DNA from: Candidatus Limnocylindrales bacterium
Lineage (GTDB): Bacteria; Chloroflexota; Limnocylindria; Limnocylindrales; CSP1-4
Assembly: GCA_036002405.1 (NCBI GenBank)
Contig: DASYTK010000041.1
Location: forward strand, 1-51,473
Length of the DNA stretch: 51,473 bases
Direction: 5' to 3'
A program made the translations under genes and the position numbers. Each line of letters opens with the position of its first letter. Within the stretch, counting starts at the first letter, position 1. Below the pieces are notes generated by a model. That model searched no databases and was not told the DNA's origin. It saw only the letters and a list, made by a program, of their open reading frames with translations. Shown in pieces: positions 15,677-24,067 of the stretch.

Positions 15677-18316
15677 TCAGGGCCTCCCGCCGCCCCCGCC
15701 GTGGCCGCCGCCCCCGCCTCCAGAGGGGGATGGCTCCCCATCGGGCGAGGGTGAGGGCTTGTCCTTCTTCTTCGGCTTGGGCGGCGGCGGGCACGGCCCG
15801 TAGATCGGGCCGCCCCAGCTCGACAGGCCGAAGAAGTAAGCCGTGGCGCTTCCGTAATGGCCCACCACCCCGGCGCCCCGGCGTGCCCGAGCCGCCCAGT
15901 CGCTCACGGCGTCCCTCCACTGCTCGCGCGGCTCGGCTTTCAACGGGTGGACCTGCCAGGTGCCGCAATTGAAGGTGTAGAGGAGGCCCCCCGGGTCGAC
16001 AGCCCTGCCCCCGCCGGGCTGCGTGCCGGCGATGAACAGCTCGTTGACGACATCGCGCGTCCAGGGGCCCGGAGGACCACCCGACCAGGCGTCGATCCTC
16101 GCCTGGACGAGGCCGTCGGGACGCGGAAAGTCGGCCACGGGCCAGCCCTGGGTGAAATCCCGGAGGAAGGCGTGCCAGACCCGTGCCGGGCCATCGGAGG
16201 CGAAGGTGGGCTCGTCGCCGAGGGGCTGGGTGTAGTCGCTGTTGCCCATCCAGACCCCGACCGCGAGCGCGGGGTGCTGCTGGTCGGCCGGAGGGGCGAT
16301 GTAGCCGTAGGCGGACAGGTCGCGCGTGTCGTTCGTCGTGCCGGTTTTCACGGCCGCCGGGCGGCGCTCGCCGTTCGGGCCGTTGTCGAGTTTGAACAGG
16401 GGACCCCAGATGAGGTTCTCGGCGGGATTCGTGTTGCCCTTCAGGATGTCGGTGACGAGGTAGGCGGACTGGGCGCCGATCGCTCGGGTGGCGGCCGGTT
16501 GGCCCGCCTGGTAGACGAGGTTCCCGTGCGTGTCCCGGACCTCGAGGATCATCCGCGGCGGGACGCGCATCCCGCCGTTGCCGAGCGTCCCGTATGCCGA
16601 GACGAGGTCGAGCAGCCGCACCTCGACGGTGCCGATCGCCCCCGCCAGGCCCGAACGGAGGAACTGGAGCTCGCCACCCCGGAAGGTGATCCCGAGCGCC
16701 TCGGCCTGCCGCGCGACCGCCTCGTTGCCGACCCGGTCGATGGCCCGGATGGCCGGGATGTTCAGCGAATACTGGAGCGCCTTGCGGACCCGCACCGGGC
16801 CGCGCTCGCGCAGGTCGGCGTCGCGAGGCGCCCAGGCTCGCCCCGTCCGTGAGTCGCGCCCGAACTGGGTCGTGACGTCGAGGAGGAGGCTGCCCGGAGT
16901 CAGGCGCTGGGTCTCGAAGGCGGTGGCATAGACGATCGGCTTCCAGGCCGAGCCGGGCTGGCGGAAGCCCACCCCGGCGACGTCGTATTTCGGGTCGAGC
17001 TTGCGGCTGTCGGTGCGCCGGTAATAGCCGGCGCTGCCGGCATAGGCGACGACGTCTCCGGTGCGGTAATCGACGGCGGCCATCGCGGCGTTGTGGACGT
17101 CCCGGCCGCGGAGCCGCGTCAGCCAGTCGCGATCACGCTCGATCCCGAATCGACGGATGGCAGCCTGCATCTCGTCGCCCGACAGGTTGGGCAGGACGGC
17201 CGCCGCGTAGACGTAGCGCTCGGCCAGCTTCTGGGCCTCGTAGTCGAGCGTGGTGATCACCCGGTAGCCGCCCGTCTCGACCGGTTCGCGATCGGCCACG
17301 ATCCCGTCGAGCTGCCGCTTCACTTGCCAGGTGAAGTGCGGGGCCCGGAAGATCAGCGGCCGCTCACCGGCCAGGACGATCGGCTCCTCGAGGGCCGCCC
17401 TGAGCTCGGAGGCCGAAAGCTTCGTCCAGCGTTCGCCCTGGCGGAGGCCGCTCAGGACGTAGTCCCGCCGGAGGACCGGCGGAGCGTCGCGCGGGACGAC
17501 GAGCCGGGTCACGGTCTCCCCGTCCACGACCTCCGTTTCCTCGACGGCGTAGCGATAGGGATCCAGGGTGCTGGGCGACTTCGGCAGCCCGGCCAGGAGG
17601 GCGGCCTGGGAGACGCTCAACTTCGACAGGTCCGAGATCCCGAAATAGACCGAGGCGGCCGCAGCGACGCCGTAGGCCTGATGTCCGTAATAAATCTGGT
17701 TGAGGTAGGCGGTGACGATCCGGACCTTTCCCGGCTCGCCCGGGAACTTCTCGGTCAGGCGGGCTGCCTGGAGGAGCTCCTTCGCCTTGCGCAGGTAGCG
17801 GTCCGCGCCCGGCTCGAGATACTTCCCGGGGAGGAGCCGGGCCCGGACGAGCTGCTGGGTGATCGTCGATGCCCCGCGCTCCCCTTCGCCCGCCGCCCCC
17901 TCGAGGATGGCCGAGCCGATCGCCGCCGGGTCGAAACCCTCGTTCTGCCAGAAGGTCCGGTCCTCGGCCGCGGTCGTGGCGTCGATCACGAGCTTGGGGA
18001 CGTCCTCGAAGGAGACGACCCGGCGTTCCTCGCGCTGGAAGCGTCCCAGCTCCACCGTGCCGGTGCGGTCGTAGACGATCGTCGGCTCGGCGAAGTCGAG
18101 ATCCTCGAGGATCGCGGGATCGGGAAGGTCTGCCTGGAGCTCGTCGAGGGCATGGAGCGCCGCGCTCGAGAGCACCGTCCCGCTCACCAGGAAAAGCGCG
18201 ACGACCCCGACGATCGTCGTCGTGGCGACCATCGGGAGCAGTCCGTGACCGTTCTTGGGCTTCGGGCGGAGCAGCCGGCCCCGCGCGAGGGCCACCCGCC
18301 GGAGATTGGCGCTCAT
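15677..18316 (-). CDS. Class A penicillin-binding protein (transglycosylase + transpeptidase)
   Basis: GT51 motifs AEDRTF, GASTITQQL, RKAKE, YLNQIYYG. Transpeptidase motifs SAWK, SLN, KTGT. N-terminal TM. Exact start uncertain. Confidence 0.94.
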   Translation of the reverse strand: MSANLRRVALARGRLLRPKPKNGHGLLPMVATTTIVGVVALFLVSGTVLSSAALHALDELQADLPDPAILEDLDFAEPTIVYDRTGTVELGRFQREERRVVSFEDVPKLVIDATTAAEDRTFWQNEGFDPAAIGSAILEGAAGEGERGASTITQQLVRARLLPGKYLEPGADRYLRKAKELLQAARLTEKFPGEPGKVRIVTAYLNQIYYGHQAYGVAAAASVYFGISDLSKLSVSQAALLAGLPKSPSTLDPYRYAVEETEVVDGETVTRLVVPRDAPPVLRRDYVLSGLRQGERWTKLSASELRAALEEPIVLAGERPLIFRAPHFTWQVKRQLDGIVADREPVETGGYRVITTLDYEAQKLAERYVYAAAVLPNLSGDEMQAAIRRFGIERDRDWLTRLRGRDVHNAAMAAVDYRTGDVVAYAGSAGYYRRTDSRKLDPKYDVAGVGFRQPGSAWKPIVYATAFETQRLTPGSLLLDVTTQFGRDSRTGRAWAPRDADLRERGPVRVRKALQYSLNIPAIRAIDRVGNEAVARQAEALGITFRGGELQFLRSGLAGAIGTVEVRLLDLVSAYGTLGNGGMRVPPRMILEVRDTHGNLVYQAGQPAATRAIGAQSAYLVTDILKGNTNPAENLIWGPLFKLDNGPNGERRPAAVKTGTTNDTRDLSAYGYIAPPADQQHPALAVGVWMGNSDYTQPLGDEPTFASDGPARVWHAFLRDFTQGWPVADFPRPDGLVQARIDAWSGGPPGPWTRDVVNELFIAGTQPGGGRAVDPGGLLYTFNCGTWQVHPLKAEPREQWRDAVSDWAARARRGAGVVGHYGSATAYFFGLSSWGGPIYGPCPPPPKPKKKDKPSPSPDGEPSPSGGGGGGHGGGGGRP

Positions 18317-18811
18317 CCGCGGGGGCGCCGATGAGAGGCGGTGGCGGCGCGCGACGGGCCGATAGCTCACGACGAGATGGTGCACCAAGCCCGGGATGAC
18401 CGCATCAGCGCCCTGCCGGTCTCCGCCGAGGCGTCCCTTTACTGGAAGCGGGCAGGGTCAGGCTAGGGGCGCCTCCCCAGCCTCCGATGAGCACCGGGGG
18501 TGACCTCCGCTTGCAAGCGTCTTGCAGCCCTGTCCCGGGTCGATGGGACCGATGGGCCACCGGCCGTGGTCAATCCGTCGGGTTTGCCGCTCGGGCCGGC
18601 TGGCATACTGTCCCTTGGCCGACAGGACCTGACGAGCAGAAGGACGACAACCGAACACACCGCCGTCGCCGGCAGGCTCGTGCCTGTCGCTCCGATGCGT
18701 CGCGTCGTTCGTCGTGTCGCGTCTCTCCTCTCTCCGCGCTGCCGGGCGGCCGGTGCCATCCAGCGTCGTCGCGCCCTTGGGCGCGGCGTCTGGCAGGAAG
18801 GAGGTCGGCTG

Positions 18812-19663
18812 TTGCCGGTGTCCCTGTCCGGCGCCCAGCGGGCGTCTCGTCGGCTCCGTCACCTGGGACTCATCGCTCTCGTCGTGAACCTCGTGCTTGT
18901 GGGGCTCGCCGCGCAGCCAGGCGTGGTGCGCGCAGCCGCGCCGAAGGTCGTCCTCATCGTCGGCCCCGTCGAGTCGCAGACCTCTGCCTACATCGACGCC
19001 GCCAACCGGCTTGCCAGCCGGGCCGCGAAATATGGCGCGACCGTGGTGAAGATCTACAGCCCGTATGCCACGTGGGGCACCGTCCTCAACAAGGCGCAGG
19101 GCGCGAACCTGCTGATCTACCTGGGCCACGGCAACGGCTGGCCGAGCCCTTACGCGCCCTATCAGCCCTACACGAAGGACGGCCTGGGCCTGAACGCGTC
19201 ATGGGGCGACGGCAATTCGAACACGAAGTACTGGGGCGAGTATTACGTCGCCCGTGATCTCCACCTCGCGCCGAACGCCGTCGTCCTCCTCCACCGGCTC
19301 TGCTATGCGAGCGGCAACTCGGAGTGGGGCTCCGCGGCGCCGACGAAGAGCGTCGGGATGGAGCGCGTCGACAACTTCGGGGCGGGCTTCCTCCGGACCG
19401 GGGCCCGTGCCGTCTTCGCCGAGGGGATCACCGATATGGCACCGCTGATCGACGGGCTCTTCACCACGAAGAGCTACATGAAGGACATCTTCCTGTCTTC
19501 GCCGTCGGCGCATCCCGAGTCCACGAACATCTGGTTCGGGAGCGAGCGTACGCCCGGGAAGCGGGCGGTCATGGACCCCGACTACTCCAAGCCGGGCAAG
19601 TACTACCGCTCGCTCGTGGGCGACACGCTGATGCGTGCCTCGGAGTGGCGCGCGGGCGGCTGA
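18812..19663 (+). CDS. Secreted protein with a caspase/gingipain-like (clan CD) His-Gly/Cys dyad pattern
   Basis: SD AGGAAGGAGGT before the TTG at 18812. Signal peptide (RRLRHLGLIALVVNLVLVGLAAQPGVVRA). LIYLGHG, and VVLLHRLC with Cys 58 residues after His. Confidence 0.7.
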   Translation: MPVSLSGAQRASRRLRHLGLIALVVNLVLVGLAAQPGVVRAAAPKVVLIVGPVESQTSAYIDAANRLASRAAKYGATVVKIYSPYATWGTVLNKAQGANLLIYLGHGNGWPSPYAPYQPYTKDGLGLNASWGDGNSNTKYWGEYYVARDLHLAPNAVVLLHRLCYASGNSEWGSAAPTKSVGMERVDNFGAGFLRTGARAVFAEGITDMAPLIDGLFTTKSYMKDIFLSSPSAHPESTNIWFGSERTPGKRAVMDPDYSKPGKYYRSLVGDTLMRASEWRAGG

Positions 19664-19702
19664 GGGCGACGTCCCAGCGGGGACGGACAGCACGACGCAA
19701 CG

Positions 19703-19739
19703 GCGAGGCCCGGGCGATGCCCGGGCCTCGCTTCCTGTT
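19703..19739 (+). terminator. Intrinsic terminator
   Basis: Perfect 13-bp stem GCGAGGCCCGGGC-GAT-GCCCGGGCCTCGC followed by TTCCTGTT, 40 nt after the stop. Confidence 0.8.
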
Positions 19740-19840
19740 CGCAACGGCTTCGCAAGTGCCCCCTCGATGCGCCTCGCTGCCGCTGCAAGCGTCGCGCGCC
19801 CACCCTTCGGCGCAGCCCGTCCGCAGCCCCGGAGGTCCCG

Positions 19841-20866
19841 GTGACCGACTCGAAACGCTCGTCGCCACCTCCGGCACCGATGAGCATTCGCCCGATCCCG
19901 ACCGACTCGCCGATCGTCCTCCAGGAGGTGACGCGCGCGTTCGCCCAGGTTCGAGCGATCGATGCGATCTCGCTCGCGGTGCCCAGGGGGACGATCCTGG
20001 GTCTCATCGGGCCAAGCGGCTCGGGTAAGACGACGACGATCCGGACGCTGACCGGCGCGCTCGCGCCGACGAGCGGGATCGTCCGCGTCCTGGGGGAGGA
20101 TCCGCGCCGCTTCCATCGGCGGACCCGCGAGCGGATCGGTTACTCACCGCAGGACTTCGTCCTCTACCAGGACCTGACCGCGCGCGAGAACGTCGATTTC
20201 ATGGGCTCGCTCTTCGGGATGCTCTGGCGGCGCAGGCGGCGGCGGGTCCGCGAGGCGCTCGAGCTGGTCGGCCTCTGGGAGGCGCGGGATCGGCGGGCCT
20301 CCCAGCTTTCGGGAGGGATGCGCCGGCGGCTGGAGCTGGCCTGCGCACTCGTCCACGATCCGGAGGTCCTCTTCCTCGACGAGCCCACCGCCGGGATCGA
20401 TCCGATCCTCCGCCAGACGGTCTGGCAGGAGCTGCGCCGGCTGCGGGACGAGGGCCGCACTCTCCTCGTGACGACCCAGTACGTCGCGGAGGCCGAACAC
20501 TGCGACGCCGTTGCGCTGCTCTCCCACGGGCGGCTCATCGCGCTTGCCCGACCGGAGGACCTGCGACGCCAGGCGCTCGGCGGCGACGTCATCGAGGTCG
20601 AGGTCGATCGCCCCTTCGACGCCCGGTCGCTGGCCGGCGTGGAGGGCGTCACCGCCGTCCGCCAGCGCGACCCTCGGAGCGTTCTCGTCGTGGCCGAGAA
20701 TGCGGGCATGGTGACGCCGCGGGTCGTCGACGCGATCGATTCGCTCGGTGCCGACGTGGTCTCGAGCCGCGAGTACCGCCCGACCTTCGACGAGGTCTTC
20801 GCCGAGCTCGTGAGCCGGGATCGGCTGGCTCGAGGACTCGCCCCGGACGACGCCGAGGCCGCCTGA
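19841..20866 (+). CDS. ABC-2-type exporter ATP-binding subunit
   Basis: Walker A GPSGSGKT, signature LSGGM, Walker B LFLDEP, C-terminal regulatory domain. Confidence 0.95.
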   Translation: MTDSKRSSPPPAPMSIRPIPTDSPIVLQEVTRAFAQVRAIDAISLAVPRGTILGLIGPSGSGKTTTIRTLTGALAPTSGIVRVLGEDPRRFHRRTRERIGYSPQDFVLYQDLTARENVDFMGSLFGMLWRRRRRRVREALELVGLWEARDRRASQLSGGMRRRLELACALVHDPEVLFLDEPTAGIDPILRQTVWQELRRLRDEGRTLLVTTQYVAEAEHCDAVALLSHGRLIALARPEDLRRQALGGDVIEVEVDRPFDARSLAGVEGVTAVRQRDPRSVLVVAENAGMVTPRVVDAIDSLGADVVSSREYRPTFDEVFAELVSRDRLARGLAPDDAEAA

Positions 20867-20869
20867 GGG

Positions 20870-22069
20870 ATGCTCTTCGGCCCACTGAAGAGCTTCACCC
20901 GGGTCCTCTCGTTTACGCGGAAGGAGCTCCTCGAGGTCGTCCGGCGGCCAGGCGCCTTCTTCGGGCTTGTGCTCGGACCGTTCCTGATCATGGCGATCTT
21001 CGGGATCGGCTACAGCGGCCTGCGTCGGCCGCTCGAGACCGTGCTCGTCTTGCCGCCCGAATCGGGCCTCAGCCAGGAGGCGAGCGCCTACCAGGAGCTG
21101 GCCGGTCCGGCGGTCCACGTGCGCGAGGTCACCGCCGACGCGGACCTCGCCGAGGAGCAGCTCCAGCGCGAAGAGGTCGACCTCGTCGTCATCGCCCCAG
21201 CGGACGTGCGGCAGCGCTTCGTGAATGGCCGGCAGGCCGAGATCCGCGTCCTGTACAACGAGATCGATCCGCTGCTCTCGAACTACGCGGCCTTCGTCGC
21301 CTACCGTCTCCAGCAGGAGGTCAACCGGGCGATCCTCACGCGCGCCGTCGAGGCAGGGCAGGAATACGTCGTCCGTGCGACTGGGAGTGACAAGGCCCGG
21401 GCGATCCCGGCCGAGGTCGTCGCCCAGCCGACCCGGGCCGATACGGTCAACATCGCCCAGACGCCCCCCGCCGTGGTGACCTTCTTCATGCCCGCGGTGC
21501 TTGCGCTCGTCCTCCAGCACATGGCCGTGACGCTCACCTCGCTGTCTCTCGTTCGCGAGCGGTTGAGCGGGGCGATGGAGCTCTTCCGCGTCTCGCCGGT
21601 CGGGGTGGTCGAGATCCTGCTGGGCAAGTACCTCGCGTTCGGGATCCTGACCGCCCTGCTCGGTGGGTTGGTCACCGCGGTCGGGGTGCTGCTGCTCCAG
21701 GTGCCTCTCCTGAGCTCGCCCTGGTTCCTCGTGGCGGTCTCTGGGCTCCTGGTGCTGGCCTCGCTCGGCCTCGGGCTACTGATCTCGGCCGTCGCCGACT
21801 CGGAACGGCAGGCCGTGCAGCTCTCGCTGCTCGTCCTCCTCGCCTCCGTCTTCTTCAGCGGCCTCGTCCTCCCGATCGGCGAGTTCCACGAGCTCGTCCG
21901 GGCGGCGGCCCACCTGCTTCCCGTCACGGCCGGGATCCGGCTCCTCCAGGATGCGATGCTGCGCGGCGGCACCTACGCCGGCTATCTCATCGGAGTGCTC
22001 CTCGTGATCACCCTCGTGTACTTCCTGCTGACGGCGATCCTCCTCCGGCGACAGATGGCCCGGGCCTGA
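20870..22069 (+). CDS. ABC-2-type exporter permease
   Basis: One N-terminal TM, an extracytoplasmic loop and five C-terminal TMs. Motifs RKELLEVVRRP, RERLSGAMELFRVSP, LPVTAGIRLLQDAMLRG. Confidence 0.92.
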   Translation: MLFGPLKSFTRVLSFTRKELLEVVRRPGAFFGLVLGPFLIMAIFGIGYSGLRRPLETVLVLPPESGLSQEASAYQELAGPAVHVREVTADADLAEEQLQREEVDLVVIAPADVRQRFVNGRQAEIRVLYNEIDPLLSNYAAFVAYRLQQEVNRAILTRAVEAGQEYVVRATGSDKARAIPAEVVAQPTRADTVNIAQTPPAVVTFFMPAVLALVLQHMAVTLTSLSLVRERLSGAMELFRVSPVGVVEILLGKYLAFGILTALLGGLVTAVGVLLLQVPLLSSPWFLVAVSGLLVLASLGLGLLISAVADSERQAVQLSLLVLLASVFFSGLVLPIGEFHELVRAAAHLLPVTAGIRLLQDAMLRGGTYAGYLIGVLLVITLVYFLLTAILLRRQMARA

Positions 22070-22074
22070 CCGCG

Positions 22075-22812
22075 ATGTCCTTCGACGAGCCACGCATCGT
22101 CCTGCCCGACGTGCCCGGGGCGGAAGCGATCATCGAGGGACGCCGCCCGGGCCGGGCGAGCCGCCGGATCCTGGGCCTGCTGCTGACCGCCTACGGGATC
22201 CTCGGCTTCGTCGTCTTCGTCGCCGGCGCGATCCTCGTCGCCGAGCCGCTCGACCGCCTGGCCCACGCGACCACGGAGCTGGAGGACCAGCGGGTGCTGC
22301 TCGCCGACTCGCTCCGGACGACCTCGACCGCGCTCGACGACGCGGCACAGGGCCTGACGGGCTTCGACGAGAGCATCGACCTGGCACGTGGTTCGTCCGA
22401 GCGGGCGGCCGGTCTCTCCCGCGATGTGGCGGCGACGATGGCCGAGGTCGCCCGCTCGATGCGGCAGATCCAGATCTTCGGTCAGACCCCGCTGGCCCAG
22501 CTGGCGGCCGGGTTCGAGCGCGCGGACGGCCAGCTTCGCCAGCTCGGGGACGACCTCGACGGGATCGGCTCATCGCTGAACCAGAACGCCTCCGACGCGC
22601 GGACGACCCGCGACGGGATCGTCCGGCTCCAGGCCCAGATCGACCTGCTCGCCGAGGCGGTCGAGTCGACGAGCCTGGGGGGGATCGGCGGCGCGGCGAT
22701 CGAGCAGCTTCGCCTGGCGATCATCCTCATCTCGAGCTGGCTCGCGCTGCTCGCCCTGGGAAGCTTCCTGACCGGGCTCTATCTCCTCCGGCCGCGCCGC
22801 GGCGCGCTGTAA
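22075..22812 (+). CDS. Membrane protein with two terminal TMs flanking a long helical region, third gene of the ABC operon
   Basis: Hydrophobic segments at both ends and a heptad-like Ala/Leu/Asp-rich middle. 5-nt gap to the permease. Confidence 0.75.
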   Translation: MSFDEPRIVLPDVPGAEAIIEGRRPGRASRRILGLLLTAYGILGFVVFVAGAILVAEPLDRLAHATTELEDQRVLLADSLRTTSTALDDAAQGLTGFDESIDLARGSSERAAGLSRDVAATMAEVARSMRQIQIFGQTPLAQLAAGFERADGQLRQLGDDLDGIGSSLNQNASDARTTRDGIVRLQAQIDLLAEAVESTSLGGIGGAAIEQLRLAIILISSWLALLALGSFLTGLYLLRPRRGAL

Positions 22813-22836
22813 GCCGCTCTCCCCGATCCCGGCCGA

Positions 22837-23706
22837 TCAGGCCGCGGAGCGGCGTGCGCTCCGGCGATCGCGGCTGCGACCCCCGGAGGTCGCCGCCTTC
22901 CGGCGCCGGCTCGAGCGCCCTGATGGCGCGGCGCCCCCCTTCGACGACTTCAGGCTCGCCTCGAGCGCCTCCATCAGGTCGACGACCTTGGGCTGGGGCC
23001 GGCGACGCTTCAGGTTCTTCAGCTCGCCCTTCATCTTTCGCTCGATCAGCTCCTGGAGCGCGACCCGGTAGCGGTCCGTGTACTCCTCGGGACGGAAGCG
23101 GTCGGAGAGGTTCTCGACGAGTGAGCGGGCCATCCGGACCTCCTTCTCGGACGGTCGGGCGGTCCGGCTCTGGGGCAGATCGAGCGAGTCGGTGGGGCGG
23201 ATCTCGTCCGGCCAGTACATCGTCTCGAGGAGGAGCGTCCCATCGAAGACACGGACCGTGGCCAGGCGTTCCTTGGTCCGGATCGCGACCTTGGCAAGCG
23301 CCACGCGGCCGGTCTCCTCGAGTGCCTGGCGAAGCAGGTTGAAGGGCTTCGCCCCGACCTCGACAGGCTCGAGGAAGTAGCTCTTCTCGAAGTAGATCGG
23401 ATCGATCTCGTTGAGCTCGACGAAGTCGCCGATGTCGATCGTGTGGGTCGTCTCGGGCCCGAACTCCTCGATCTCCTCCGGGTCGAGCACGACGTACTCT
23501 CCCTTCGCAACCTCGTAGCCCCGGGCGAGATCCTCCCAGGCGACCTCCTTGTCCTCGGCCGAGCAGAAGCGCTTCTCCACGATCGGCGCGCCGTCTTTCT
23601 TGTGGAGAAGCCGGAAGCGGACGTCCTTCTGCTCGGTCGCCGCATAGAGCTTCACCGGGATGGTGACCATCCCGAAGCTGATCGCGCCGCGCCAGATCGC
23701 CCTCAT
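22837..23706 (-). CDS. ku: NHEJ Ku protein
   Basis: MRAIWRGAISFGMVTIPVKLYAA, YEVAKGEYV, IDPIYFEKSYFL, DRYR, VVDLMEALEASL, basic C-terminal tail. Confidence 0.97.
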   Translation of the reverse strand: MRAIWRGAISFGMVTIPVKLYAATEQKDVRFRLLHKKDGAPIVEKRFCSAEDKEVAWEDLARGYEVAKGEYVVLDPEEIEEFGPETTHTIDIGDFVELNEIDPIYFEKSYFLEPVEVGAKPFNLLRQALEETGRVALAKVAIRTKERLATVRVFDGTLLLETMYWPDEIRPTDSLDLPQSRTARPSEKEVRMARSLVENLSDRFRPEEYTDRYRVALQELIERKMKGELKNLKRRRPQPKVVDLMEALEASLKSSKGGAAPSGRSSRRRKAATSGGRSRDRRSARRSAA

Positions 23707-23758
23707 CGAGCGGTGCTCCGGCTCAGCCTCGCGGTGTGGGACAGGCGGGACCCGTGCG

Positions 23759-24067
23759 TCACGCCCAGTCGTCTTCGGCGCGCCGCGTCGTGGCCGAGCG
23801 AGCGCCACCGGCAACGATGGCCACCACGGCGACGACCGCCAGGACGAGCAGGAGGAGGATCGGCCGGTTGTCCCGCCGCTGGCCCGGGCGGAGCCGACGG
23901 ATCTCGTTGCCGAGGTCCTTGCTGAGCTCGCTCAGGGTCTCCGTGATCGCCTCGCTGAGGTCCTCGGCCATGCGGCCGGCGTCCTTCGCCGCCTCCTTCG
24001 CGGCCTCCTTTGCGGTGCGCCCGGCGTCCTTGGCGGCGTCCTTTGCGATCTCCTTCACGTCGGTCAT
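23759..24067 (-). CDS. Small protein with AKDAA/AKEAA repeats and a C-terminal TM, first gene of a probable operon with ku
   Basis: SD AAGGAGG. KEIAKDAAKDAGRTAKEAAKEAAKDAGR is LEA-like. Hydrophobic ILLLLVLAVVAVVAIVAG. Confidence 0.75.
   Translation of the reverse strand: MTDVKEIAKDAAKDAGRTAKEAAKEAAKDAGRMAEDLSEAITETLSELSKDLGNEIRRLRPGQRRDNRPILLLLVLAVVAVVAIVAGGARSATTRRAEDDWA

Noticed and set aside
18581-18588. GGCAAACC on the minus strand, resembling the start of a c-di-GMP-I riboswitch
   Set aside because: The required GNRA tetraloop, GGGACGCAAA segment and P3 receptor are not present at the right spacing.
20455-20485. ABC ATPase H-loop reads TTQY rather than TTHY
   Set aside because: A common variant in DrrA/NodI-type ABC-2 ATPases.
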